Origin: a virus
Lineage: Duplodnaviria > Caudoviricetes
DNA: 64,000 bases
Virus record (IMG/VR): IMGVR_UViG_3300021185_002017
Direction: 5' to 3' (one strand)
A program made the position numbers and the translations under genes. Shown here one piece after another: positions 8,680-18,100 of the stretch; the first letter of the stretch is position 1; each line of letters starts with the position of its first letter. Below the pieces are notes generated by a model. It was not told the origin of the DNA. It did no database searches and saw only the letters and a list, made by a program, of their open reading frames with translations.

Positions 8680-9219
8680 TTACCTCTCAGTTATGTTGAA
8701 GTGTTTGTATGTTTGCTGTACACAAACTGCTTGCCAAAAGGCATCAGCATCAGCACTATGTAAGTCCTGTTGTATTGCTTTACGAGGATCGACAGGCATC
8801 ATGTTAAAGATTGTTCTACAATCCATGATCTGCCAAAATGCCCAACCTCTGTGATGTTCAAATTGCTTGAACAAGTTCTCAAGTATAACCATATCAAACT
8901 GAGGACCTTGACACCAAATTTTGTCAACACCAACAAGGAATTTGTTTAACTCAGCCATAAACTGTGCTAAAGGTATTCTACCTTCTTCGCTAAATGCTTC
9001 GTCTTGGATATGTGCTGGTTGCTTTGCCCACCACTCTAATGTGCTATCTAGCACACTGCGATCAGCAGTTGTTTGTGCATCAATCTCAGGCTTCCACAGC
9101 GTCTTAGCATGTGGCTCTGTAGACATAAATGGGTCAAATTTAACAGCACCCACTGATAATACTACACAGTCTGGTTCTGTTCCAAGTGTTTCGATATCTA
9201 TCATTGCGTGTGTTTTCAT
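8680..9219 (-). CDS. DEDDh 3'-5' exonuclease (Rv2179c-like)
   Basis: MIDIETLG...VLSVGAVKF...FDMVILE...HSADADA. Confidence 0.85.
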   Translation of the reverse strand: MKTHAMIDIETLGTEPDCVVLSVGAVKFDPFMSTEPHAKTLWKPEIDAQTTADRSVLDSTLEWWAKQPAHIQDEAFSEEGRIPLAQFMAELNKFLVGVDKIWCQGPQFDMVILENLFKQFEHHRGWAFWQIMDCRTIFNMMPVDPRKAIQQDLHSADADAFWQAVCVQQTYKHFNITER

Positions 9220-9225
9220 GCTGTT

Positions 9226-9254
9226 ATTATAACAGTCTCACACTTAAAAGTCAA
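9226..9254 (-). promoter_or_regulatory. Sigma70-type promoter, probably leaderless transcript
   Basis: TTGACT-17-TATAAT ending 6 nt before the ATG. Confidence 0.75.
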
Positions 9255-9267
9255 CAAAAATTTTGTC

Positions 9268-9906
9268 TTATTTTTCAGTAACTTGCAAAGCCGTTAATCC
9301 AGCGGCATGCATTATATTAGCACTTGCTGGGTATTTGTCATCCAGTAACTTTGATGTATATGAATTTTCTTCTAGCATATCCCATAGTATAACAGTATCA
9401 TCCTCAAAATCTTGTTTAGTAAGCCATGGCAAATTAGGTATGAATACTAAGTCTGGGTGAGTAAATATTCCGTTTTGTTCTTGTTCAAGCCAACCTATAA
9501 ATCCTAAAGGCCGGTGGTGTGTGCATACTCGAAATGCTTGGCCACATATAAGTACTCTTAAAGTATTAGGTTCATTGTTAAAGTCTAATCCGGTATGTAG
9601 TGCTTCAGGAAATTCTCTAAACACTTCTATAATATTTTCGCATTTTCTAAATTTGAGATCAAAGCCATTATTTTTGCTCTGTATATTATCTACTAACCAT
9701 TTAGATGTATCTGGTATTAGATCTTCAAGATCCCATTTATTATGACTTGCTAGTACAACATTTTTAAAATTATAATTACTTAATTTTTTTACAATGCGGC
9801 TATAGAATTCAGGTGTCCTAGTTTCGAAGTTTACTTGTTCTTGTCCCCATTCACTTTCTAACTCCCAGCAATCTATTAAAATTACGAGGTCAAATGAAAT
9901 GCTCAT
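9268..9906 (-). CDS. Hypothetical protein, possibly isochorismatase/cysteine-hydrolase-like
   Basis: LVILIDCW and VLICGQAFRVC resemble the Asp and Cys motifs of the family. Confidence 0.4.
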   Translation of the reverse strand: MSISFDLVILIDCWELESEWGQEQVNFETRTPEFYSRIVKKLSNYNFKNVVLASHNKWDLEDLIPDTSKWLVDNIQSKNNGFDLKFRKCENIIEVFREFPEALHTGLDFNNEPNTLRVLICGQAFRVCTHHRPLGFIGWLEQEQNGIFTHPDLVFIPNLPWLTKQDFEDDTVILWDMLEENSYTSKLLDDKYPASANIMHAAGLTALQVTEK

Positions 9907-10766
9907 TACAATGTTAGTACAGTATCGTCAGGGAGTTGATCATCATTTACGGAGGCTAGTTGTCCTGCTCCTTTAACACCTTCGGCCCATTTCATTTTTT
10001 CAAATGGGTCTTGCTCACCTGCTTTTACTTTATTCCACCATGTTAGGTCACCTAAGTTTGCCTTTTCCATAAACCAAGCAATCTTATGTGCAGTTGCTAC
10101 ACGGGCATGTTGCATTTGTTCATGTCCAAAGTCTTTAGGGTCAGAAGGATTACCTTCCATGTACTTTCTATTTTTAAAAGTTTCATCATCATTGTTACCT
10201 GTGATGTCTGCTCTGTCGTGAATAAACTCTACATCGATTCTTTCAAAGATATCTAACATGTATGCAATGTGACTAAGCCATGCATCGTTCTGTGCATTTT
10301 GACTTAGGTGCCCAGTAAGTATGTACCAGTCTCTAGGCACGATAGGAAAAATTGCATAAGGATGACCATTGTGATTATCTCTTGGTGCTAGTAACTTAAA
10401 TTGTCCGTCATAAGTTTTGATTACATCGTCCCATCCTTGTGTTTCCATTAACCCATCATCATTCCAAAAGAATAACCATTCACCTAATGCTGCACCTGCT
10501 AATGTGTTTACATAAGTATGCAAGTTTTCGTAACCCAATGGTTGAAAAATATTTGCTCTTGCTTCTACACCTAGTTCTTGTAAGTAAGGTGCAATTTCAT
10601 CTTTGATATAGTCAATGGTTGCAGTATCATCTTCATCTAGTCCTAACATAATTTCAATATCGCTAGGATTAGTTGCTTTAGAAATAAGTGACTCTAAACT
10701 CTTTTTAAGAAGTTGAGGCCTACCTCTTGTTGGTAAAAGTATTGTTATTTTTTTCTCTGGAGTCAT
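9906..10766 (-). CDS. GT-A (family 2-like) glycosyltransferase
   Basis: ILLPTRGRP, LGLDEDD, FWNDD. Confidence 0.75.
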   Translation of the reverse strand: MTPEKKITILLPTRGRPQLLKKSLESLISKATNPSDIEIMLGLDEDDTATIDYIKDEIAPYLQELGVEARANIFQPLGYENLHTYVNTLAGAALGEWLFFWNDDGLMETQGWDDVIKTYDGQFKLLAPRDNHNGHPYAIFPIVPRDWYILTGHLSQNAQNDAWLSHIAYMLDIFERIDVEFIHDRADITGNNDDETFKNRKYMEGNPSDPKDFGHEQMQHARVATAHKIAWFMEKANLGDLTWWNKVKAGEQDPFEKMKWAEGVKGAGQLASVNDDQLPDDTVLTL

Positions 10767-10774
10767 TTTATTTC

Positions 10775-11716
10775 CTATGTGTTAGTAACAGGCTTATCGT
10801 TTTTTCCAGTAAATAACTTTCTAATGTTACCCCTGAATGTGTAGTGTCCAACATGATTAAGTGCTGTGCGTGGGTCTAACCAAACTTCGCCACCCATGTC
10901 CTGCCAGCGTCTGCAGAAGGTATAATCTTCTGATAAGTATCGTCTGCTTTCTGGGTCAATGATACAATCAAATAATGCATACATAAATGGCTCAAACTTT
11001 TGATCAACATTAATGTCATTTACATATTTTGTTTCAGGGTGTGTGTCAAACATTTTTTGTATTACTTCTTTGTTAATACACATAAAGCCTGTGCCAGCAT
11101 CTTTTAGTTTAACTAAGTTGTCTACGATTTGTACTTGGCCTGTTCTGTTACCTTCCTGATCTTTAACAAAGTCAAAGTTTACAACATAGTTTGAACTATG
11201 CCCTTCAATTGTTTCTGCTGTTTCTGTTTCATCGTGTCTTGCGGCTTCTATGATACTATTCCAATTCAATGCTTTTTTAGGATAAGCACCTACAACAATT
11301 GGTTTGTCATATGCAACCATACGCAAAATATCTTCTGGTTGGAATTCAATATCAGCATCAACAAAAAACAAATGTGTTGCTTCTTTGTTTTCCATGAAGA
11401 AACTTGTTAGTGTGTTACGCCCACGAGTAATTAAACTTTCGTTAGCAAGAGTACTAATTGTATACTTAATGTCGTACTTGTTACACAAGATTGCAAAACG
11501 CATCATACTTCTAAAGTAAGGCTCTCCTATTTGTCCACCGTAACAAGGTGTGGCAATAAAGATATGCTTTTGTCTTAATAGACCTAATGGTATTTCAATT
11601 TTAGCATCAAGAAGTTGATGCATTACATCGTTTTCTTTATTAGTATTATTCGATGCGGCTGCTGTTTTCTTTGCCGGGGTGCCTTTATTTTTAGACTTAC
11701 TTTTTCTGTTTGACAT
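10775..11716 (-). CDS. GT-A fold glycosyltransferase-like protein
   Basis: IATPCYGG, SLITRGRN, FVDADIEF, YLSEDYTFCRRW. Confidence 0.7.
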   Translation of the reverse strand: MSNRKSKSKNKGTPAKKTAAASNNTNKENDVMHQLLDAKIEIPLGLLRQKHIFIATPCYGGQIGEPYFRSMMRFAILCNKYDIKYTISTLANESLITRGRNTLTSFFMENKEATHLFFVDADIEFQPEDILRMVAYDKPIVVGAYPKKALNWNSIIEAARHDETETAETIEGHSSNYVVNFDFVKDQEGNRTGQVQIVDNLVKLKDAGTGFMCINKEVIQKMFDTHPETKYVNDINVDQKFEPFMYALFDCIIDPESRRYLSEDYTFCRRWQDMGGEVWLDPRTALNHVGHYTFRGNIRKLFTGKNDKPVTNT

Positions 11717-11737
11717 TTGTTGTCCTGTAGTGTGTAG

Positions 11738-11813
11738 TGGAGCTGCTGGTCAGAATCGAACTGACTACCTGCTGATTACAAATCAGCTGCTCTACCGAGT
11801 GAGCTACAGCAGC
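11738..11813 (-). tRNA. tRNA-Thr(TGT)
   Basis: GCTGCTG/CAGCAGC acceptor, TTTGTAA loop, CCA. Confidence 0.95.
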
Positions 11814-11887
11814 ATTTAAACTTTATGTTCTGTATATTTACTTTTATTCTTTAGGGGAGGACAAGATAAATGGCTAGATTTATCTTG

Positions 11888-12052
11888 TTATCTGGAAGGT
11901 TTGCTAGAAATGAATTCGTTGAGCTTTTCTGCCTCTGCGACAATTTCTTCTGTGCTAGGCATCTGTTCAGGTTGCTTTGCTTTTGCCTGGAGGATAAGCC
12001 TCGCTTCTTGGAGAAGTTCAAGTCTTATCTCATATGGTGTTTTATTAGACAA
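11888..12052 (-). CDS. 54-aa hypothetical phage protein (TTG start; not in ORF track)
   Basis: MSNKTPYEIRLELLQEARLIL...PSTEEIVAEAEKLNEFISSKPSR; AAAAGGAG SD directly upstream. Confidence 0.8.
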   Translation of the reverse strand: MSNKTPYEIRLELLQEARLILQAKAKQPEQMPSTEEIVAEAEKLNEFISSKPSR

Positions 12053-12140
12053 TGTAGTCTCCTTTTAATTATATGTGCATGTATTTATCTATACGCTAAA
12101 ATTATGATAACGGCACACTTAATCACTATATGAGATTTTG

Positions 12141-12947
12141 CTACTTAGGTTGCTCTCCTTTGTCGTCCATGTTAGCAATAAAATTATAGTAGTGTCCCAT
12201 GCCATGGTCTGCTACGCCGTCGATAAATTTAAACTGCTTGAGTGCTGCCCATCGACCTCTCCAGCCATCCTTGAATCTTTGCCAAGGTGTTGCTTTTCTA
12301 ATATTGCCATATGTGTTAATGTATCTAAGATGACCTTGGTGCTTGTACCAGAGGCCTCCGAGGCTTGGTGGCACACTAGGAACTACATCATTGTTGTTAA
12401 CATATCTAAAGTAAGGAAAGTCAATTGCTTTTAAGAAATCAACATTGCCAACTCTTGGTTGACCAAATGTGTACAACCCACCTTCGGGTTTAATATCCAT
12501 AGCAACTAGTACAGCCATTGCTCCACCTAAACTATGTCCACATACCCAAACACTCTTAGTATTTTTCTTGTCGTGCTTTGCTAATGCTTTTTTAATATCT
12601 GGCATTACTTTTTCATACTCTCCGTAGAAGCCTTGGTGTACTTTACCTGCTACTGGGTGAGGCATTCTGAATGTGTTCAAGTCTGCTTTAACATCATTCA
12701 ATGCTGTTGGTTCAGTTCCTCTACATGCAATCAGTACATCGTCCTTGTCGCTCATAACATAAGCCTGAGCTCCGTCAACATCGATGTATGTTGGTGGTAG
12801 TGGTTTGTTTAAAAACTTTTTAAGTGGTGCTAGATCTGGTATACCATTCTTTGGTTCAAATAATTGTTCCGGTGGTTGATAACATTGATTAGCGAATAAT
12901 GCAAGGACCATCCCTTTGTCCTTCGTAGAAAATTCTGATAATGCCAT
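12141..12947 (-). CDS. Lipase class 3 (alpha/beta hydrolase)
   Basis: RGTE, VHQGF, GHSLGG nucleophile elbow, FGQPRVG, NDVVP, DHGM. Confidence 0.9.
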   Translation of the reverse strand: MALSEFSTKDKGMVLALFANQCYQPPEQLFEPKNGIPDLAPLKKFLNKPLPPTYIDVDGAQAYVMSDKDDVLIACRGTEPTALNDVKADLNTFRMPHPVAGKVHQGFYGEYEKVMPDIKKALAKHDKKNTKSVWVCGHSLGGAMAVLVAMDIKPEGGLYTFGQPRVGNVDFLKAIDFPYFRYVNNNDVVPSVPPSLGGLWYKHQGHLRYINTYGNIRKATPWQRFKDGWRGRWAALKQFKFIDGVADHGMGHYYNFIANMDDKGEQPK

Positions 12948-12998
12948 TTGTTACTCCTATGTGTATTATAGCAGTATTTATCTTAATTATGGCTGTTA

Positions 12999-14048
12999 TT
13001 AAAAGTCGAAGTAGTATTCGTATATGTTTTTGCTATTGTTATCTTCTATAGCTGCTCGGTATCGCTCTGATAATTCTTGTGGCAGTTTGCCTGCTTTATA
13101 TCTAACAGTGCCGTCGGTTCCTGGGCTATCACCAAACTCAGCATCATGCGTTGCATCTCGTTGCATATCTCTATATGCTAGTTCCATTGGCGTTCTATAT
13201 TTTAAATCAAATGTGTTATATATACCTGACTGTGAAGCAAGATATTTTTTTAATCTTTCGAAGCCTGTGCTTTTCATTAACGGGTTAATACCACCTGGTA
13301 GTATTTCTTCGTATATTGCATGTTTTAATTTATGTGCATATCCGTTTGTATCACCTACTTCACAATGCATTTGATATTTTTCAACAATGTCTATGCTAAG
13401 TTCTAATGCTTTATATATTATTTGAGGTGTGCAATATAGAAGGTCTTTTATTATATCGAAGTTGTTGTCTCTTGCTACTGCATGATATGCCTGTGTATTT
13501 TTCATTATAAACGAACCACTAAGTCCTGCAATGTCTCCCGGGCCTTCTCCGTGTGGAGAGTCTTTGATCAGCATCGGAACATCACCACCTAGTACTACTG
13601 TGCCGTCAATGTCTTTGAATGCAGTATCTAAATAGTGAAGGTGTACTGCTATCTGTGGACTTGCTGTTGCGTATTTTTTACCGTATTCTAAATGTTTTTT
13701 GTCTTTGAAAAAATCATATAGTTCGATTTGTGTAACATGTAGTTCGATGTTTTCTCTATCGGTAAGCATTTTAGCAGTCATTACATCGTCAGAATTAATA
13801 GGTGCACCTTCCCAAGTAGTAAGGTAGGTATGTGCTGTTATAGGTATACCTAATTGTTGTAAAACTCTTAAAGCAAACTGACTATCGCCGCCACCGCTTA
13901 GGCAAATATGTGCTTTTTCAATATGCGACAGTTGTTCTTTTATTAAATCCAACAAGGAACTGTTGCCTGATGGCTTTTTGATTGTAATACTGAGAAACTT
14001 TTCTTCCTCGTAATACTGTAATGCTGGCGGATTTCCAAATTCTATCAT
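12999..14048 (-). CDS. Adenine-nucleotide alpha hydrolase (PP-loop)-like protein
   Basis: CLSGGGDS motif. Confidence 0.5.
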   Translation of the reverse strand: MIEFGNPPALQYYEEEKFLSITIKKPSGNSSLLDLIKEQLSHIEKAHICLSGGGDSQFALRVLQQLGIPITAHTYLTTWEGAPINSDDVMTAKMLTDRENIELHVTQIELYDFFKDKKHLEYGKKYATASPQIAVHLHYLDTAFKDIDGTVVLGGDVPMLIKDSPHGEGPGDIAGLSGSFIMKNTQAYHAVARDNNFDIIKDLLYCTPQIIYKALELSIDIVEKYQMHCEVGDTNGYAHKLKHAIYEEILPGGINPLMKSTGFERLKKYLASQSGIYNTFDLKYRTPMELAYRDMQRDATHDAEFGDSPGTDGTVRYKAGKLPQELSERYRAAIEDNNSKNIYEYYFDF

Positions 14049-14074
14049 AAATGATCTCTATCTTTGCAAAAGAT

Positions 14075-14082
14075 GATAAATA
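14075..14082 (+). promoter_or_regulatory. T4-like late promoter box
   Basis: GATAAATA upstream of the plus-strand subtilase gene. Confidence 0.6.
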
Positions 14083-14143
14083 TACTTAATACATACTTAT
14101 GGAGCTAAACCGAATACAAATTCGTTTTTTGGAGCAAAACTAA

Positions 14144-15775
14144 ATGGCAAACTTTATTATATCACTAGACTCGTCAACTTATGCAAACGCAGGGGCGGCA
14201 GAGCTGGCAATTACAAACAGTGGATTAACAATAACTAAAACTTATTCTTTCCCACTTACATACGGAGTTTCAGGAACAACAGGTCAAGTCTCAGGACTTG
14301 CAGGAGTAACTGAATCCTCTGAAAACGGCGAAGCACTTAACGTTGCACTTGAAGCATTTACTGAAGCAAGTGACGAACAAGATACTGAGCATTTATCAAC
14401 TACAGCAATTAACCCTAACTATCAGTATTACTGGCATCCACTAGACGGCACTTATGGTGCAACACAAACTGTCTACTTAATGGATACTGGTTTTGATCCG
14501 TATCACCAAGAGTTTGGCGAAACACCATTAGTAACTGATTTACACAGTTGCCCAGATGCAACTGCTTTCGGTGACACTGACGGTCACGGAACTAAAATGG
14601 CATCACTTATAATTGGTGAGTCAATTGGTAGTGCTAAAGGTACAACTATACAAAATGTTAAGATGTTCGACAATGCTACAGGTACAATTACAGCAGGCGA
14701 TGTTATTGATGCATTAGAAGCAGTATTAATACACCATAGAGCTAACGATGCGTCTAAGCCTAAAGTTGTATTAATGGCTTGGTCTATGACTAAGAACGCA
14801 TTAATTGATGCTAAACTTAACCAGATGTTAGCAGAAAACTTAATGCTAGTTGCAGCAGCAGGTAACGCAGGTTGTGGTGTTGATGTTGATACAATTACAC
14901 CAGGTGGTTTGGACACTATTACAACTGTTGGTTCACACAGCCAAACATTCCATGTATCAACTTTCAGTCAAATGCCATTGATTGATTATGTTGATGACGA
15001 AACAACTCCAGTTCGTAGAGGTCTAGTACAAAGTGCAGCCAAGATTGATATATTCGCAATTGGTGAAGAAGTATGTGTAGTAGACTTAGCAAACACAAGT
15101 AACTATGTACCAGCTCAAGGAACATCAGTATCATCTGCTATGGTAGCAGGTTGTGCTACGCACTTCATGAACTTATATCCAAGTGCATCAGCAGAAACAA
15201 TTAAATCATACATGGTAACACGTGGTAACGAAATGGCTCGTTTACCTAGATCAACTTCTACTGCTGAAAACTTCCAAACTATTCTTAGTTACGATAACTT
15301 AACTTACCCATCAGGTAAGATAGCAGAATATGAAAAAGTAAGTTTATCAATACTTTCACTACCGATGACATCAGATGTAACATTTACACAGATTCCATCA
15401 GGTAGGTTAACAAACATACAACATGGACAAACAGCAACTATCGATATTGGTTTACATGCAGATGTAACTAATGTCGCAGTGTTAGACTTTAGTCCGTTAG
15501 CACCATGGATGGCATTTGATGCCGCAACTGGTATTGTTACAATTACAGCAACAACTGCTGGAGGTTGTGCAGAAAGTTTAGCACCAGGTGTTTATCACTT
15601 TGCTGTTAAAGGCACAATGGGTGACAAAGTTTATGTTGAAGAGTATTCAATTGGTGTGTATGCAACTTCAGAAATAGAGTTAAATACATCAACAGAGTAT
15701 TACTATAACGATGATGATGCAGATTACGAAGAAGTAATTCAGTACTCAGCATCCATTAATAACCAAATCAAATAA
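14144..15775 (+). CDS. Subtilisin-like (S8) serine protease with C-terminal Ig-like region
   Basis: Triad motifs MDTG, HGT, GTS; oxyanion AAAGN; GGAG SD. Confidence 0.85.
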   Translation: MANFIISLDSSTYANAGAAELAITNSGLTITKTYSFPLTYGVSGTTGQVSGLAGVTESSENGEALNVALEAFTEASDEQDTEHLSTTAINPNYQYYWHPLDGTYGATQTVYLMDTGFDPYHQEFGETPLVTDLHSCPDATAFGDTDGHGTKMASLIIGESIGSAKGTTIQNVKMFDNATGTITAGDVIDALEAVLIHHRANDASKPKVVLMAWSMTKNALIDAKLNQMLAENLMLVAAAGNAGCGVDVDTITPGGLDTITTVGSHSQTFHVSTFSQMPLIDYVDDETTPVRRGLVQSAAKIDIFAIGEEVCVVDLANTSNYVPAQGTSVSSAMVAGCATHFMNLYPSASAETIKSYMVTRGNEMARLPRSTSTAENFQTILSYDNLTYPSGKIAEYEKVSLSILSLPMTSDVTFTQIPSGRLTNIQHGQTATIDIGLHADVTNVAVLDFSPLAPWMAFDAATGIVTITATTAGGCAESLAPGVYHFAVKGTMGDKVYVEEYSIGVYATSEIELNTSTEYYYNDDDADYEEVIQYSASINNQIK

Positions 15776-15793
15776 GTTATACTTACTTAAAAG

Positions 15794-15824
15794 AAGGTAC
15801 TAAATACAATTGGTACCTTTTTTT
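15794..15824 (+). terminator. Intrinsic terminator
   Basis: AAGGTAC-12 nt-GTACCTT followed by a T run. Confidence 0.6.
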
Positions 15825-16820
15825 ATGACTTTAGAAAACATACGAATAGACACAACAACACACAGTCGCGTTTTTAATCCACTAAGCGCCGCTGGTCAGT
15901 GGCTTTGTTCTGTGTTCAAGCATAGATCAATAGGCGACATAGAAGCATCATATCCTACCTTAGTTGAAATCACCCAAGACTTACCAGATTTAAAATCTAT
16001 TACAATGGATAACGAATACGGTGATGCATTAGAGTGGAGTAAACTTGCACCTTTTGTGCGTGTTATGACTATACAAGGTGTATACATTATGGTTAACACC
16101 TACGGAATGGCTGAGAATAAGGCAGTAAAAAGTATAGTAGATGCTAGTTGTTTATACAAAGAGCAAGATGCAAGTATAAACATTATCTTTAATATTGACG
16201 GCATATACGAACAATGTGGTAAAGTATTCTTAGGTGCTGAATGGAATCATATTAAAGAAAACATAATAACTGTAGGTAACAAAGCACACATAAAATTTTA
16301 CAAATTTAAGCACAATGCTCATCAACAACCTGCAATAGAACATTTTTGTAGAGCTATAGGTGCTACATTTGAAGTACTAGAAGACCCGTTGTTTGGTAAT
16401 AAATGCTTTAGTGTAATATCTAAACAAGGTAAATGGTTATACGATATTCATCCTGTTGGTTCAAATCAACCAACATTGGCACAAACAGCAATAGGATGGA
16501 ACTTATTAAAAACAAAAGTTAGAAGTATTAAAGGAACACCAATCGACGAACTAGAAAAATTACCTGTACCAATAACAGCAAAAGACTTGGACACAGATGA
16601 TATTATTAATATTACTATCAAAGGACATGTTATCAAAGGTTCGGGTATTGCTCAAATATTTAGTTACGCACTATGCGGTGATTGGGATTATTACGAAGTA
16701 GATACAAGTAATGCATATAACTTATCAGTAATGCAAGAACTTGCTAAGTTTGTAAGAATAGATTTGTCTACTATAAACATATACAATAATAGTATTACTG
16801 ATATATTAGAAGTTGTTTAA
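15825..16820 (+). CDS. Degenerate radical-SAM-like protein
   Basis: YGDA, NTYG, FNIDG, GAEW..I..NI, FKHNAHQ match phage radical-SAM motifs, but CxxxCxxC is absent. ATG start chosen over the track's start at 15810. Confidence 0.55.
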   Translation: MTLENIRIDTTTHSRVFNPLSAAGQWLCSVFKHRSIGDIEASYPTLVEITQDLPDLKSITMDNEYGDALEWSKLAPFVRVMTIQGVYIMVNTYGMAENKAVKSIVDASCLYKEQDASINIIFNIDGIYEQCGKVFLGAEWNHIKENIITVGNKAHIKFYKFKHNAHQQPAIEHFCRAIGATFEVLEDPLFGNKCFSVISKQGKWLYDIHPVGSNQPTLAQTAIGWNLLKTKVRSIKGTPIDELEKLPVPITAKDLDTDDIINITIKGHVIKGSGIAQIFSYALCGDWDYYEVDTSNAYNLSVMQELAKFVRIDLSTINIYNNSITDILEVV

Positions 16821-17086
16821 CTTACTTCAACAGTTGGCGAACCGCTACTAACATTATGTCCACATGTAGCAGTACTTCCTTGTTTAGCAGGAATACCGCC
16901 GTCTGCTAACACTGTAGTTGCACCATTTGACACTAGTGTAGGCGAAGTATGTGGTGCTTTGCCATGAGGAGCAACCTTATCTCCTATTAAAGAAACTTTT
17001 TTATTATCAGCAAATACTGTTGATGCTCCAGGTCCTAGTATAACACCTTTTGCTGTATCTGTTTTTACTCTTGCTATCTTTGCCAT
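16817..17086 (-). CDS. PAAR spike-tip protein (gp5.4-like)
   Basis: IGDKVAPH...H...GSTATCGH...GSPTV. Confidence 0.85.
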   Translation of the reverse strand: MAKIARVKTDTAKGVILGPGASTVFADNKKVSLIGDKVAPHGKAPHTSPTLVSNGATTVLADGGIPAKQGSTATCGHNVSSGSPTVEVS

Positions 17087-17094
17087 ACTACTAT

Positions 17095-17256
17095 TTATAT
17101 GATTATACTCGCCATTATTAGCAGTAACGATATAGAGCCTAAGAATGCAAAGCCTAATGCTATTGCTGTTATAAGAATTTGAAAGGGTGATGCAGTGTTA
17201 TGTTCTGACTTACCAACGCCTACTAGTAGTCTAAATGTGTTTCTAAAATAGGACAC
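17095..17256 (-). CDS. 53-aa membrane protein (GTG start)
   Basis: Manual translation MSYFRNTFRLLVGVGKSEHNTASPFQILITAIALGFAFLGSISLLLIMASIII. Confidence 0.55.
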   Translation of the reverse strand: MSYFRNTFRLLVGVGKSEHNTASPFQILITAIALGFAFLGSISLLLIMASIII

Positions 17257-17416
17257 TATTTAATTTAAATACTGCTAACATAGAAAAGAATACTACTATT
17301 TGTATAACTGCTGGTATAACCACAAACAGTTGCATAGCACTAAAATCGCCTTTCATGAAATAGTCTGTTTTAAACCATTCTGCTTGTTCTTCGGGTGTTG
17401 CGTCTCTAACGATCAT
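17243..17416 (-). CDS. 57-aa membrane protein
   Basis: MIVRDATPEEQAEWFKTDYFMKGDFSAMQLFVVIPAVIQIVVFFSMLAVFKLNSVLF. Confidence 0.65.
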   Translation of the reverse strand: MIVRDATPEEQAEWFKTDYFMKGDFSAMQLFVVIPAVIQIVVFFSMLAVFKLNSVLF

Positions 17417-17534
17417 TTTTTGGTTCCAGGTAGTAAATATTATTGTCTACATCACGCAATCCACGCATTATGCCTGCTATACTATCTGTATTGGCAGCAA
17501 AGAGTAATATCATGTAACACATTGCATGTTTCAT
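17406..17534 (-). CDS. 42-aa hypothetical peptide
   Basis: Start coupled to the upstream stop (TAATG). Confidence 0.5.
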   Translation of the reverse strand: MKHAMCYMILLFAANTDSIAGIMRGLRDVDNNIYYLEPKNDR

Positions 17535-17674
17535 TATACTGCTGGAGTTAACGCAAGTATAGAGAATAAGAAAATACTGGACAGTGTAAATATTTCTAAG
17601 TCTTCGACTAACCTAGGGAAGTTGTTGTTGTATCTTTTTTTCATGTCGTCTGCGTGTTGAGGGTTAACATGCAT
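17534..17674 (-). CDS. 46-aa (or 36-aa) peptide with hydrophobic C-terminus
   Basis: Manual translation ...MKKRYNNNFPRLVEDLEIFTLSSIFLFSILALTPAV. Confidence 0.45.
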   Translation of the reverse strand: MHVNPQHADDMKKRYNNNFPRLVEDLEIFTLSSIFLFSILALTPAV

Positions 17675-17761
17675 ATATAATTAACTTATATACACTTATA
17701 AAGAGTATTTATACAACAATTTAAATCAGCAGGGCATATACGGCTGTAATGCCCTATAATG

Positions 17762-18070
17762 CTATTCTTCTTCGATAATGCCTATGTCTGCTTCTTGTTC
17801 ATTAAGAGCTTCATAGTCCGCAATACTGTCTTCACTTGCTTTACAGACGCTTAGAATTGCTGACATGGGCATTGTAACCTCGTCTGTAGGTCCTGTAAAG
17901 ATATAAGGAATTAGTGCAAGATCAGCACCGTTAATAACAACAATCTTTGGTTCACCAACTGTAAACAGTTTGTTGTCCTCATCTACTCCTAGCAGTTGTG
18001 CTAGTACTTCGATGCCGCTCATAAGTTTTAAGGTGATAACTTCACCTGAGAGTTCTTCTAATTTATACAT
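17762..18070 (-). CDS. Sm-like small beta-barrel protein
   Basis: VITLKLMSGIEVLAQL pattern. Confidence 0.55.
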   Translation of the reverse strand: MYKLEELSGEVITLKLMSGIEVLAQLLGVDEDNKLFTVGEPKIVVINGADLALIPYIFTGPTDEVTMPMSAILSVCKASEDSIADYEALNEQEADIGIIEEE

Positions 18071-18100
18071 GTGTGTTTCCTCTGTGTGTGATTATTTATA

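Noticed and set aside
3253-11813. Theta (HDV-like) or hammerhead ribozymes at tRNA 3' ends; CTGATGA at 5247-5253
   Set aside because: No nested double pseudoknot or closing stem II/GAAA geometry found by eye; tRNAs already encode CCA.
11870-12133. 87-aa plus-strand ORF with GGGGAGG upstream
   Set aside because: The opposite strand holds a 54-aa ORF with a better SD and a typical phage sequence; kept only as the less likely option.
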